DNA of 64,000 bases from Macrostomum lignano (Eukaryota): NCBI GenBank assembly GCA_002269645.1, contig NIVC01002775.1, forward strand, positions 77,445 to 141,444, given 5' to 3'. Shown in pieces: positions 1-12,169 of this stretch. The notes below the pieces were generated by a model, which was given only the letters and a program-made list of their open reading frames with translations, had not been told where the DNA came from and made no database searches. The translations under genes were made by a program, and so were the position numbers. How positions within the stretch are numbered: position 1 is the stretch's first letter; every line of letters starts with the position of its first letter.

Positions 1-991
1 AGAGCTAGTGCAACTGTGGCCCCGATTCAACAAGGAGCTGCTGATAGAGCTAATGCAACTGCGATTATAAATCTTGACTTTTTTTCAAGATCTTGAACCT
101 GAGATTGTGATTGAAAAAGGTGCTACAATCTTAATAATCAAGATCTTGTCCAATCCCTTCTATTAAAATTTTTTGCCATTATTGACTTTTGCCAAGAACT
201 GATTTGCCAAAATGGGTTAAAAACTCATAGTAATATAGTAGTCTTTAATAGGCCTAGCCTAACTTTAAAATATAAATTGATTAATGAATTGAACCTCAGT
301 CTTTAATATACAACTTAGGCCTATTATTTAACTAGTTTGTATGCCTAATAATATATCATTTTGGCTTTGAGCCTATAGGCCTACTCTATCTAGGCCTACT
401 TAAGGAAGGATTGTCTAACAAAAGAATAGGCCCTATTGAACTGAAAAATCATAGGTCATCTTCAATCTATTGATTTCACTCTGCATGCATATAACATAGC
501 TATTAGTAACTAGCTAAGTTTCTAAGAATTAATAACTTAGTACAAATTAAAATATACAAAGCAGACAATAAATAGGCCTAGCAAGCCAAATTTCTTTTTA
601 AAAGCTACAATCAATTACCAAAGGCAAAGACAAAGTAGTATATTTGCAATTATATTACTGCAGATTCCCCATTATACTGAGCTATTCCATTTAAAATCCA
701 CTGTGGATTCCGCATTTTACTATGTATATAACTTTGGCCGATCGGTTTTTACCGACGTTAAACCGACGTTAAAATGTACATAGAGGGAGTGGGGTGGCTG
801 CACACTGATGACTAGTAGAATGGGGTGGCTGACAGGGAAATCCCCAAGGCCACCACAAGGCGCCTACCAATAAAAAGCAAAGCAAACTTAAGCAAATGGC
901 GTGATTCTGAATTGATGACTCACTCGACACTCCTTACCGATCTGTCTCTGCAGTGCGCAACTACATGCATATACTGTTTGCATTTAAATAC

Positions 992-1960
992 ACTGCCGAC
1001 GTAAACTTTTGCCGACGCTAACTTTTCCCATTCAAAATACATTGCCGACGTAAACTTTTGTCGACGCTAACTTTTCCCGTTCAAAATACATTGCCGACGT
1101 AAACTTTTGCTGACGCTAACTTTTCCCATTCAAAATACATTGCCGACGCTAACTTTTCCCGTTCAAAATACATTGCCGACGTAAACTTTTGCCGACGCTA
1201 ACTTTTCGCATTCAAAATACATTGCCGACGTAAAATTTTGCCGACGCAAACTTTTTCTATAAATTATATATTCTAATACACTGCCGACGTAAACTTTTGC
1301 CGACGCTAACTTTTCCCATTCAAAATACATTGCCGACGTAAAATTTTGCCGACGCTAACTTTTCGCATTCAAAATACATTGCCGACGTAAAATTTTGCCG
1401 ACGCTAACTTTTTCTATAAATTATATATTCTAATACACTGCCGACGTAAACTTTTGCTGACGCTAACTTTTCCCATTCAAAATACATTGCCGACGCTAAC
1501 TTTTCCCGTTCAAAATACATTGCCGACGTAAACTTTTGCCGACGCTAACTTTTCGCATTCAAAATACATTGCCGACGTAAACTTTTGCCGACGCAAACTT
1601 TTTCTATAAATTATATATTCTAATACACTGCCGACGTAAACTTTTGCCGACGCTAACTTTTCCCATTCAAAATACATTGCCGACGCTAACTTTTCCCGTT
1701 CAAAATACATTGCCGACGTAAACTTTTGCCGACGCTAACTTTTTCTATAAATTATATATTCTAATACATTGCCGACGTAAACTTTTGCCGACGCTAACTT
1801 TTCGCATTCAAAATATATTGCCGACGTAAACTTTTGCGGGTGCTAACTTTTTCTAAAAATTATATATTCTAATACATTGCTGACGTAAACTTTTGCCGAC
1901 GCTAACTTTTCCCATTCAAAATACATTGCCGACGTAAACTTTTGCCGATGCTAACTTTTT
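992..1960 (+). repeat. Subterminal tandem array of the foldback left arm (about 49-bp unit tgccgacgtaaacttttgccgacgctaacttttcccattcaaaatacat, with variants)
   Basis: Read directly. ORF 1510..1710 is a by-product of this repeat. Confidence 0.95.
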
Positions 1961-2607
1961 CTTTTTAAATACATTTCCGATGGAAGAAATAGCGACGTTC
2001 GCCAGCCGAATTTTGCGAGCCGACGTTCGCCATCCGACGTTTGCCAGCCAACGTTTGCCAGCCGACGTTTGCCAGCCGGACATTTGCATGCGGCAATGGG
2101 TTGAAGAATTATGCCCTCTCTAGGCTTACATGTACTTGCATTTGAAAACTGCGGACATAGCACCAATCTAATGTTGCTATCGCTCCCTTCTACTGCTACT
2201 AAATACAGGTCACTAACAAACTACTGCACAATAAAACGCTCTTCGTCTTCTTTTAGTAGCTAACAGGTACCAAAGCAACCGATGTAACCAAGACTGTCTA
2301 AACTACATCAGCAGCACCAAAGCGTGGCATAGCAACGTTTTTCAGCAGCCGACGTTTGTTAGCAAACATAAAGTCAGTCAGTGAAAAATTTGGTACTGAA
2401 ATATTCGCAGTTTATAGCGGTTTGGCAAAAACCATTTATAGTCCAACTTTTTGACGATTATTCGCCTGCATAAATAAATTTCTAAAACAGAATTTTTATA
2501 AAATAATGTCTTTCCTCCTAGACTGATGCGAAGCGGCATGGGGATGGGGAAGTGAAGGTCCGATTAGAGCTCTCCCGTGGTGTACATGTACATCTTAGAG
2601 GGAATTT

Positions 2608-3790
2608 TTTACTTAGACTTAGCTGCAGGGGGCTCCGTGCATCTGGGGGAGGGGGCCACGGACCAGTAAAAGAACCGGTCGAGTCAGCCTTGGTCAGGCG
2701 ATCGGCCAGCTCGTTGTCAGGGTGGCCCGAGTGCCCGGGGATCCACCTTATAGGGACACCTTGTTAGATGCGACTAAGCGGTTGAGCTGCCTGATGCAGT
2801 CGAGGACTGTACGATAGCAGGTGATGGTGTGCGCTCAAGGGCGTGGATCGCCGCTTGACCGAGTGGAGGATCATCTCCTTCCCCCAGATGCGCTGATGGC
2901 GCAGGAGCTGATGGCAAGAACTTCGGTCTGGAAATCGGTGGAGCAGGTGCCGGTGTGTTGGGAGAAGGCCACCACAGTTCTCCCTCCAGACACGATGCAA
3001 GCCGTAGCCAGAGGCGGAGTTGATTTGGGACCCGTCAGTGAAGCAGTGGATTTCACGGGGTTTCCGGTTGTCCCTAGCCTCGGCATGGCGTGGTGGAATG
3101 CTGGTTTTGAATTTGAGCGGAGGGCAGAGCGGGGACGGAATTCCGTCCGAGAGGGTCAGCAGGCTTCCTACTGCTTCCAGGTCTCGCAGGCTGTCACCGT
3201 GCGGCGGGAGGTTCCGCTTTTTGAAGGCGAACTGCTTCTGGATGGGGACAACCGCGTCAAGCAGACGGCGGGTCGGGTTGGTCTTCTTTGCCTGCCCTCT
3301 GACAAAGAGGTTAAGGGGGATGTCCAAGAAGGAGTTCATGCCGGCGAAGGGTGTAGAGGGAGCCGTGCTCATGATAGCTCGACAAGCGCGGCCTTGCACC
3401 CTGTTAAGAGCATCGAGAACCCCTTTCACATCTAGGGAACTGTTCCAAATGAAGCCGGCGAAGGAGATGGCCGGTCTTCACGATGGCAGAGTAAATCCAC
3501 CAGAGGCGACGGGGTGTGAGGCCCCAGGTAGCGCCAAAAGCTTTGCAGATCTGCGCGAGAATCGCGAGAGCTTTGCGGGCTTTGGTTTGGACGTGTGGAG
3601 TCCAGTTCAACCTGTGGTTGAGAGGGTGATGCCCAGACATCTGCTTTGTTTCTCCATGGCAACGGGTTTGCCATAGAGGGAGAGCGGTTCGATCCTCCAG
3701 TTTCGGCGGCTGGTGAACATAATAGCCACGGTTTTAGACTCAGAGAACCTGAGACCGCAGCTCCAGGTCCAGCCACAGCGGCTATGCCAC
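2608..3790 (-). mobile_element. Degenerate LOA/Lian-like non-LTR retrotransposon fragment (RT C-terminus plus RNase H), divergent subfamily
   Basis: Frameshifted pieces GLRFSESKTVAIMFT...LGITL, WGLTPRRLWWIYSAIVK, IHCFTDGS and WIPGHSG..NELADRL. The 3' end cccctgcagctaagtctaagt resembles that of the other two copies. There is an internal deletion after RNase H. Confidence 0.8.
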
Positions 3791-4265
3791 GCTTTGATGT
3801 TGATAGATGTATATGTAGTTCGGACACTTTTGGTTACACCGGTTGCTTTGATACCTTTTACTGTTTCTAAATGCCTGCGGAGCCAAAAATGAGCGATGAG
3901 AACACTGATTCTGAAAAAATGTACATGTACGACTTCAGTCATGTACATGTAGATGTAGAATTCCCGGCTTTGTCCCCCCACCATAAAATCCATGGCGACG
4001 CGGCGCTGGCCAATTCACCAGACCTGGCACCCTCCAACTTTATAATTACATGTAAGCTGCTCTGTCAACTTTTGCATGTAAATAAGCGGCCGCTCCGCGG
4101 GCCCCATTTCGAGTGTAACGAAGAGCTATAAGTCTCTAGGAACCTAACCCCTTGCCAACCAGTGGCTAGAGAATCAATCGGCAGAGTTCTACACGTACAT
4201 ATGTACACTAGCGACATCCGGGCGCTGCGCGACCGATTTCAAGAAGTGAATTGAATGCCAGGGAG

Positions 4266-5990
4266 GTTGACTTAACTTGATTTAGCTGCAGGGGGCGTCC
4301 GGCAGATGCAGCGAGGAGGCGGAGGAGACCGCCCATTCCGCTAGCCCCTGGCAACCAATGACTTCCATCGAAGTAATGTCTCTCAGGGGGACCCGTCGGT
4401 CTCGCCTGCAGCGCGGTCCTTCTCACCGGCGGTGGGGAAGAAATCGGCTCGTCCCGTGTCCCTGAGGTACCGGGCGAGCAGCGGGATGCTCTCGGGCCTG
4501 CAAACGTCGGAGGGAACCGGGTTTGGCCCGAGGTGAGTGAGCCTGGCCCTGGTGAAAACCGGGCAGTGGCAGATAAAGTGCTCGGTGTTTTCACTGCCTG
4601 AGCGGCAGAAGGGGCACCGCTCCTCGGGTACTTGGCCCTGAAGGAAGTGGTGGCGAGAGAAGCAGCCATGCCCGGAGAGGGCCATGCTGACGGCTCTGAG
4701 GTCTCTGCGGTTAAGGGCTCTACGCAGGAGAGGAGACGGGGAGGGGACGGCAGCACGGTCTTATCTCAATCTCGATTCGGCAGCACGGTCTCTGCGGTTA
4801 AGGGCTCTACGCAGGAGAGGAGACGGGGAGGGGACGGCAGCACGGTCTTATCTCCATCTCGATTCGGCAGCACGGTCTCTGCGGTTAAGGGCTCTACGCA
4901 GGAGAGGAGACGGGGAGGGGACGGCAGCACGGTCTTATCTCCATCTCGATTCGGCAGCACGGTCTCTGCGGTTAAGGGCTCTATGCAGGAGAGGAGACGG
5001 GGAGGGGACGGCAGCACGGTCTTATCTCCATCTCGATTCGGCAGCACGGTCTCTGCGGTTAAGGGCTCTATGCAGGAGAGGAGACGGGGAGGGGACGGCA
5101 GCACGGTCTTATCTCCATCTCGATTCGGCAGCACGGTCTCTGCGGTTAAGGGCTCTACGCAGGAGAGGAGACGGGGAGGGGACGGCAGCACGGTCTTGCC
5201 ACCTGCGGAGATGCTCGGAATCAGTCCAGCGCTTAACGCGGGAGTTGCTCACCGAGGCGGGGATGGGGCCCCCCGGCCCAGCCCCAGCAGCGCGCCGGCG
5301 GAGCCAGCCTTAGCCAGCAGGTCAGCGCGCTCGTTGCCGAGGAAACCAGCATGGCCCTTGATCCATCTGAGCTCCACTTGGTTGCCTAGCGCAAGCCCGT
5401 TGAGCTAGGTGTTGCAGTCCAGGACAGATTTGGAGCTGGTGGTGCTGCGGTTCGATGGGCTGCTTGGCTGTCAGAGTGAAAAATAGATTCCGACAGTGCT
5501 GCCTTTGGCGCAGCTCTGCCGCGCAGCAGCTGATGGCAAGCACCTCGCTCTGAAAAACACTGGAGTTGAGCCCAGTGTGCTGGGAGTAGCTCCCCACCAC
5601 TTCACCCTTGAAGAAAACGCAAGCTCCGAAGCCTGAAAGACCATGCCTCATTGAGCCGTCAGTGTAACAGTGGACTTCAGAATCGCTCCAGCTGTCACTC
5701 GCCTCGTGTCGAGGCTGAATAGTGCAGTGACCTTATACCTTTGGCTCAGGATAAGGGTGGCTGGGATCGAGTCCGTGAGGATGTTGAGCCCGTCACACTC
5801 CTCGAGAGTCTTGAGGCAAAGGTCAGAGTGCGGTATAAGCGACCGCTTCTTAAAGGCCCGCACATTTTTGAAGGCCACCCCAGCATCCAGAAGACGCCAA
5901 GTGCTCTTCGCCGCCTCTCCTTTGATATAAATATCCAGAGGAGGGGCACTGAGGAAGGCATTCATGCCTTCAAAAGGAGTAGAGGGTGGA
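4266..5990 (-). mobile_element. 5'-truncated LOA/Lian-like LINE (RNase H plus C-terminal CCHC), same subfamily as 29109-30656
   Basis: VHCYTDGSMRHGLSGFG, LRWIKGHAGFLGNERAD and RCPFCRSGSENTEHFICHCP motifs. Near-identical to 29330-30650. Premature TAG near 5405. Confidence 0.9.
4700..5197. repeat. 87-bp tandem repeat (about 5.5 copies) inside the LINE ORF
   Basis: A 29-aa periodicity (STVSAVKGSTQERRRGGDGSTVLSPSRFG) in ORF 4632..5408. Absent from the copy at 29109-30656. Confidence 0.95.
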
Positions 5991-6119
5991 GGGTGGTCGC
6001 GTACAGTCTGGCCGCCACACAGCTCCCCCCAGCAAAGAGCTAGGCCCCGAACGTCGGGCGGTAGCCGAAGCAGCGAGATTGCCGAGGAGCAGAGTTGAAG
6101 AGGAGCGGGCGCCGAAATC

Positions 6120-6325
6120 AGCCGGGCGCCGAAGGCAGCAGGGGCGCGAGGCGGGCGCCGAAGGCAGCAGGGCGCCAGGCGGGCGCCGAAGGCAGCAGAG
6201 GCGCGAGGCGGGCGCCGAAGGCAGCAGGGGCGCGAGGCGGGCGCCGAAGGCGGCAGGTCGCCGGGCGGGCGCCAAAGGCAGCAGGGCGCCGGGCGGGCGC
6301 CGATTGCAGCAGGGGCGCGAGGCGA
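6120..6325. repeat. GC-rich about 29-bp minisatellite (ggcgggcgccgaaggcagcaggggcgcga)
   Basis: About 7 imperfect copies read directly. Confidence 0.9.
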
Positions 6326-6779
6326 ATCACACCCGAGGCAATCGACAGTCAGTTGCCGCCGTGAGCCGGGTCGATGCTCCTGCACAGAGGCTGGGGACGT
6401 TAGGCTAGCAGCAGCAGTGCTAACCTAGAATTAGCTGCAGCGTGTGGCGCTGGTTGGTCCAACGCGGGGGCCGAAAGGCGAGACCCCAGGAGCTACCGGG
6501 GGGGGGGGCGGGCTGACTGGGCCGATTCGTGCTGCGGGGTACTGCCGTGGTTGCTGTGCTGCGGTGCTGCTGTGCTGCCGTTGCAGTCGGCCAAGGCGGT
6601 TGGCTGCCAGGACCGCACAGGGCTGACCAGGTAGGCCCAGCGTTCCGCGCTGGGAGTCGGGCTCACCAATGAGGCGGAAGGCCTTTTCATTTCAATAGAT
6701 GGAATGGCAGCGAAAAGTTTTGTGCTGCTTTGCGCATATATTTATATTTACGCATTACGTCTACCTCGGCGGTCTGTTT

Positions 6780-7345
6780 CCAGACGCTCGCGAGGACCTG
6801 CGACGCCACCGCGGGCTTGCCTGGGCTGCCTTTCGTTCTGTGAGGGCAGTCCTAGCCTGCAGTCCGAGGCCCTACCGGACCGCCAGAGGGCGGCGCTGTT
6901 CCAGGCGGTAATCGAGCCCGTCCTGCTCTACAACGCCGAGACCTGGACGCTGACGGACTCACTCGAACAGCAAGTCGATGCGGCGCAGGCTGGCCTGCTG
7001 CGCGCCGCCTTCAACATCGACGTCGAGCGAGTCAACAACGCGGCACTCTATCGCCGCGCTGGCCTGCCACGTCCAAGCGATCTACTGCGCCGTCGGCGAC
7101 TCCAGCTCGCAGGCCATCTCATCCGCGCCGAGTCGTACTGCCCACAGCCGGTGCAGGAGGTGCTGCTGCTCACGCTGCAGGCACCCTACCGGCGAGGTCA
7201 AGCGCGAACTCGGCGTTACGTCGACTGTCTGCTGGCTGACGCCGACGCCCCGGACACTTCCGGTGGCGCGGCCTTTGTTCGCGCCCAAAGCCATGAAGCG
7301 CGCCCTGTGACGCTAACTTTTGCCATCCTGACAACGTATTTTTAG
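6780..7345 (+). mobile_element. RTE-clade non-LTR retrotransposon 3' fragment
   Basis: ORF 6704..7345 contains EPVLLYNAETWTLT...RRRRLQLAGHLIR, the typical post-RT region of RTE-like elements. Confidence 0.75.
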
Positions 7346-7560
7346 TTGTGTTGTTATATTTACACAAACTGCGCGAGATTCATGAGGGGCCTATGGAGGT
7401 GCGAACAGGTGGCGTGGCGTGATAGGCTACGCCAACCCCCCTGGCTTAGCGAGCCGGCTAGCCTGATGCGCAACAACCCCAACTCAGCTAGACAGAGGTT
7501 GGGGGGTTTCCAGTGCGGCTGCACTGGTGCTGCCGGTCGCGTACAGTCTGGCCGCCACAG

Positions 7561-7960
7561 CAATGTATTTTGAACGGGAAAAGTTAGCGTCGGCAAAAGT
7601 TTACGTCGGCAATGTATTTTGAACGGGAAAAGTTAGCGTCGACAAAAGTTTACGTCGGCAATGTATTTTGAATGGGAAAAGTTAGCGTCGGCAAAAGTTT
7701 ACGTCGGCAATGTATTTTGAACGGGAAAAGTTAGCGTCGACAAAAGTTTACGTCGGCAATGTATTTTGAATGGGAAAAGTTAGCGTCGGCAAAAGTTTAC
7801 GTCGGCAATGTATTTTGAATGGGAAAAGTTAGCGTCGGCAAAAGTTTACGTCGGCAATGTATTTTGAACGGGAAAAGTTAGCGTCGGCAAAAGTTTACGT
7901 CGGCAATGTATTTTGAATGGGAAAAGTTAGCGTCGGCAAAAGTTTACGTCGGCAGTGTAT
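7561..7960 (-). repeat. Inverted copy of the same subterminal array (foldback right arm)
   Basis: Units atgtattttgaacgggaaaagttagcgtcggcaaaagtttacgtcggca are the reverse complement of the 992-1960 units. Confidence 0.95.
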
Positions 7961-9359
7961 TTAAATGCAAACAGTATATGCATGTAGTTGCGCACTGCAG
8001 AGACAGATCGGTAAGGAGTGTCGAGTGAGTCATCAATTCAGAATCACGCCATTGCTTAAGTTTGCTTTGCTTTTTATTGGTAGGCGCCTTGTGGTGGCCT
8101 TGGGGATTTCCCTGTCAGCCACCCCATTCTACTTGTCATCAGTGTGCAGCCACCCCACTCCCTCTATGTACAATTTAACGTCGGTTTAACGTCGGTAAAA
8201 ACCGATCGGCCAAAGTTATATACATATTTTACTGGGTGCCAGGAACAGGGGTAACTAGGACCTAGGCCTATTTAGGCCATGTAGTTAAAGACCTATTTAT
8301 AAAATTTAAATCATTGATTATATACAATACATTCAAATTCATTCTGTTTTAAAATTTCGAAAATGTATAGTTAACAGTCAAAAACAGACCCGTTCTATCT
8401 CGTACTTATTCCTCCCAACGTTCCAATTCCAATACAACTAGGCGTAGTGTAGCATGCCATAGTGCCAATGGCTGAGTGGAAGAGTGGGTCAATGCCTAGC
8501 AAAAAGCTATCCGCAGCCGCAATGAATGCATCATGTACTGTAGACTTTTCACGCGTTACGCGCACAATAAATTTTTCAAACAAAAAAATTGTTTGAGTTA
8601 CCCATTTTAACAAAAACTAAGCAAGCAACTTACTCATTTAAGTTTGAATTAAACTTTTTGCAATACGTACCGTTTCAAGTTACATAAAACTTTATTTTCC
8701 ACTTTAACGGGTTTAACTGATTTACAGTATGTTCTAGTTCAAAATTGACTACTGTAATGATTTGCCGAGAGAAAACTGATAAGGGGTGGCTTTAATCCGT
8801 CTAACCCTCACACACCATTTGGTCCATTTCCCCACTTCATTCTTCAATTCAAGTCTGCCACAGCGTAGCTGAGTTGCGTCACTTGCAGATTGAGAGACTG
8901 CCTGCACTCAAAAATCGCAACCATAGACAATAGACGGAATTTTCTGTGATAGCGACTTTTCGATGTTGCTAAGTATAAAATCCATAAAATCTATAAAAAG
9001 TTCTATCCCCCAATTGTTTGTCACTTTGCCGCTTGGATTGTCACTCAATTGTTTGTCACTGGATCGTCTTATCACCAGATTAAGCCTAACTGGAAGCCAT
9101 GCCATGCCAATTGATATAAATAGTCTAGGCCTATTAGGCTTATGACTATGTGACTATGTCTATGCTAGGCCTATGTCTGACTTTAAATTTGCCTTGACAG
9201 TGGAAGCTGAACAAGCACAGATTTTTGGAATTTTGGTCAAGCCAAGACTTGGTGCTTATGTCAGTAGTCAAGAAATGTCAGGCAAGTAATCTGCACATTT
9301 TTATATAGTAGCATTTCTATAGGCCTAGTCACATTGTCATCGATCATTTTAAATGAGAA

Positions 9360-10390
9360 TTTCAGAAAAGAGGAAAGGTGAGAGAAAGGATAAAAGATAG
9401 GCCTAAGATAAAAGAGGGTGAGGGTGATGAGAAAGAAGGAGAGAAGAGGGGAGAGAAAAGAGAAGCAAGATGAGAGAATAAATAAAAGAGAGGGCCTTTT
9501 CATATTGCTTGCTCTGGTTCCAGAACCAGAACCAATTTGTGAAGTATAACTTTTTGTCTCCATAACTAGAGGGAGATATATGCTATAAAGTTTTTATTAT
9601 TGAATGACAATCGCCAAGAAGAAAGTGAAAAATTGTGCTAAGTTAGGTTGTTAAGGCAGTCAAATATTAACAGAGTTTAATAGTTATACTGCTGTTTTTC
9701 TTGGAATTCTGAACCGATTCTGGTTCTGGAATTGGTAATATGAAAAGGCCCAGAGAAGAGATAAGGTTGTAGAGATAAGAGAGATGTAAAGAGAGATAAG
9801 AAATGAGATAAAAAAGGAGAATAGGAGAGTAGAGAAAGAACAAAGGAGACAAGAGAAGGAGAGAGTATAGAAGAATGAAAAGAAAAGAAAGAAAAAAGGA
9901 AAATGAGGTCATGAGGATTCAAAAGAGGGGGAAAAAAGTAGAGAGGAGAGACAAAGGGAGAGAGAAGTGGAAAAGAAGAGGAAAGAGGAGAATAGAAAGG
10001 GGAGAGAATAGAAAGGAGAAGAAAGATTGGGGAGGAGAGAGAGAAAGAGAGCAGAGAGAAATGAGAAGAGATAAGAGAGAACAGAAGAGATAAGAAAAGA
10101 GAGAGTAAAGAGTAGAGAGGTAAGAAGAGAGTAAAGGAGAGTTAAGAGAGGAGGGAAGTGTTGAAACAAGGGAGAGTGAAGAATAAGAATAGGGGAGAAA
10201 GAAGAAAGTAGAGAGAACAGAAAGGAATAAAAAAGATAAAAAAAGGAGAAAAGAGAGACAAGAGAGAACAGAGGACAAAGAAAAGAACAGAAAGGAGAAG
10301 GAAAAGATAAGAAGAGAAAGAAAAGAGAAGAGAGACAAGGGACAAGAGACAAGAGGAGAGAGAGGAAATAGAAAAAAGATAGAAGTTTCA
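9360..10390 (+). repeat. Polypurine (GA-rich) low-complexity tracts
   Basis: The + strand is almost all A/G at about 9360-9500 and 9750-10390. The L/S/F-rich minus-strand ORFs are artefacts. Confidence 0.9.
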
Positions 10391-11231
10391 AAGGATCCAA
10401 GGGATGTAGGGAAAGTCAGAGGCAGAGGCCAGCAGAGTTTTTCAATACATGTTTTAGAGTCAAAGAGATATTGCTTGACATTCTACGTAGCACCCCAGCC
10501 AACATTATCAAATGTTTGCCTCAAATCTTTTTTACACAATTTTATTCTATTTTATATTTACCTCTATTTCCTTACAAGTTTTTGTTTGAGTATGGCCTCA
10601 GATTTCAGAATGCATGCAAAATTAGTTCCAGGTATTGGAATTCCCCAGGTTTAAAATCTGTGGGTTTCAACAGCTTGTATAAATATATAAATAACAACCT
10701 ATTTGATATGTTTCTTAAAGAATGTATTAGAAATTTTATTTTAGGGCCAACATTCTTAAATGTTATTTTAAAGTTTGTATGTTTCGGCATATTCAAATAA
10801 AATCTCAAATGCCTGAGCAAATAACAATGTACTTTTAAAATTGTCTGAATAGAAAAGTTATAGAAAGTGATTATATTTTGAATCTTCAATAGTCATAGGC
10901 CCTTAAAAATAATATATTTTGCCTAATAGCTTTTAAAGGTATAATAATAATTTTTAGCATATGTCCAATATAGAATCTTTAGCAGTTTTCTCTATTCTAC
11001 ATATGGCTATGGCTATGGCTATGAGATCCTATGGCAAATATGGTAAAATAGATGCCTATAGGCCCTAAACATAGCGTATATTTTTTCATATAAATTTCCT
11101 AGCCATGGTTTAGTTAGTATGATTAGAGTATGAGTTTTCATGCCTTCTTTGTTGATAAATGATATTTTATGTCAAAAGAGTTCTTTAAGTGTCTAAATAG
11201 TAGTCAATCAAAGAGACATTGATATAGTTAG

Positions 11232-11777
<546 letters not shown>

Positions 11778-12169
11778 AAAAGCACAATCTTTGGATTGTT
11801 TGCTGAAGAAGACTGCTCGCATGTTTGCTTTTAGTTAACTAGCGATTGAAAGCTTTGTGAATCTTTGAACAATAAAACATTGTTCGAAAGTGAAAACTTG
11901 TTATAAGTTGCTGGAACATTGAAAGAAGAAGTCATTTTTTTGTTTGCTTTCTTGTTTGTTTCTTTTTTGTGAGCGATGCATTAAATATCTGTGTTTATCA
12001 TGCTTGGTATTAAAATAGAGATTACTTCAGACTCCGTGTATCTACACTCGATGACTTAAAGTTTGAGTAATCTATAGACATTTATTTCTAGTCCTAGAGA
12101 TTAAGTTATCTATAGGCTCCTGTCTCTAGATATGAAGATTACGTGTTGTATAGACTACTGTATCTAGAC

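Larger units (their letters stand above)
722..8225. mobile_element. Non-autonomous foldback-type DNA transposon with long TIRs and LINE fragments inside
   Basis: Left end atgtatataactttggccgatcgg (722) is the reverse complement of the right end ccgatcggccaaagttatatacat (8225). The inverted match runs about 660 bp (right arm 7561-8225). It is flanked by the direct repeat ATTTTACT at 714-721 and 8226-8233. No transposase ORF is seen. Confidence 0.85.

Noticed and set aside
6455-6500. Hammerhead ribozyme suggested by gccgaaaggcgag
   Set aside because: No CTGATGA core upstream, and GAGA instead of GAAA. The CTGATGA hits elsewhere (805, 17755) lack stem II and GAAA.
9667-10400. Leu/Ser/Phe-rich membrane-like ORFs (also 42669-43172)
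   Set aside because: Reverse complement of GA-rich low-complexity DNA.
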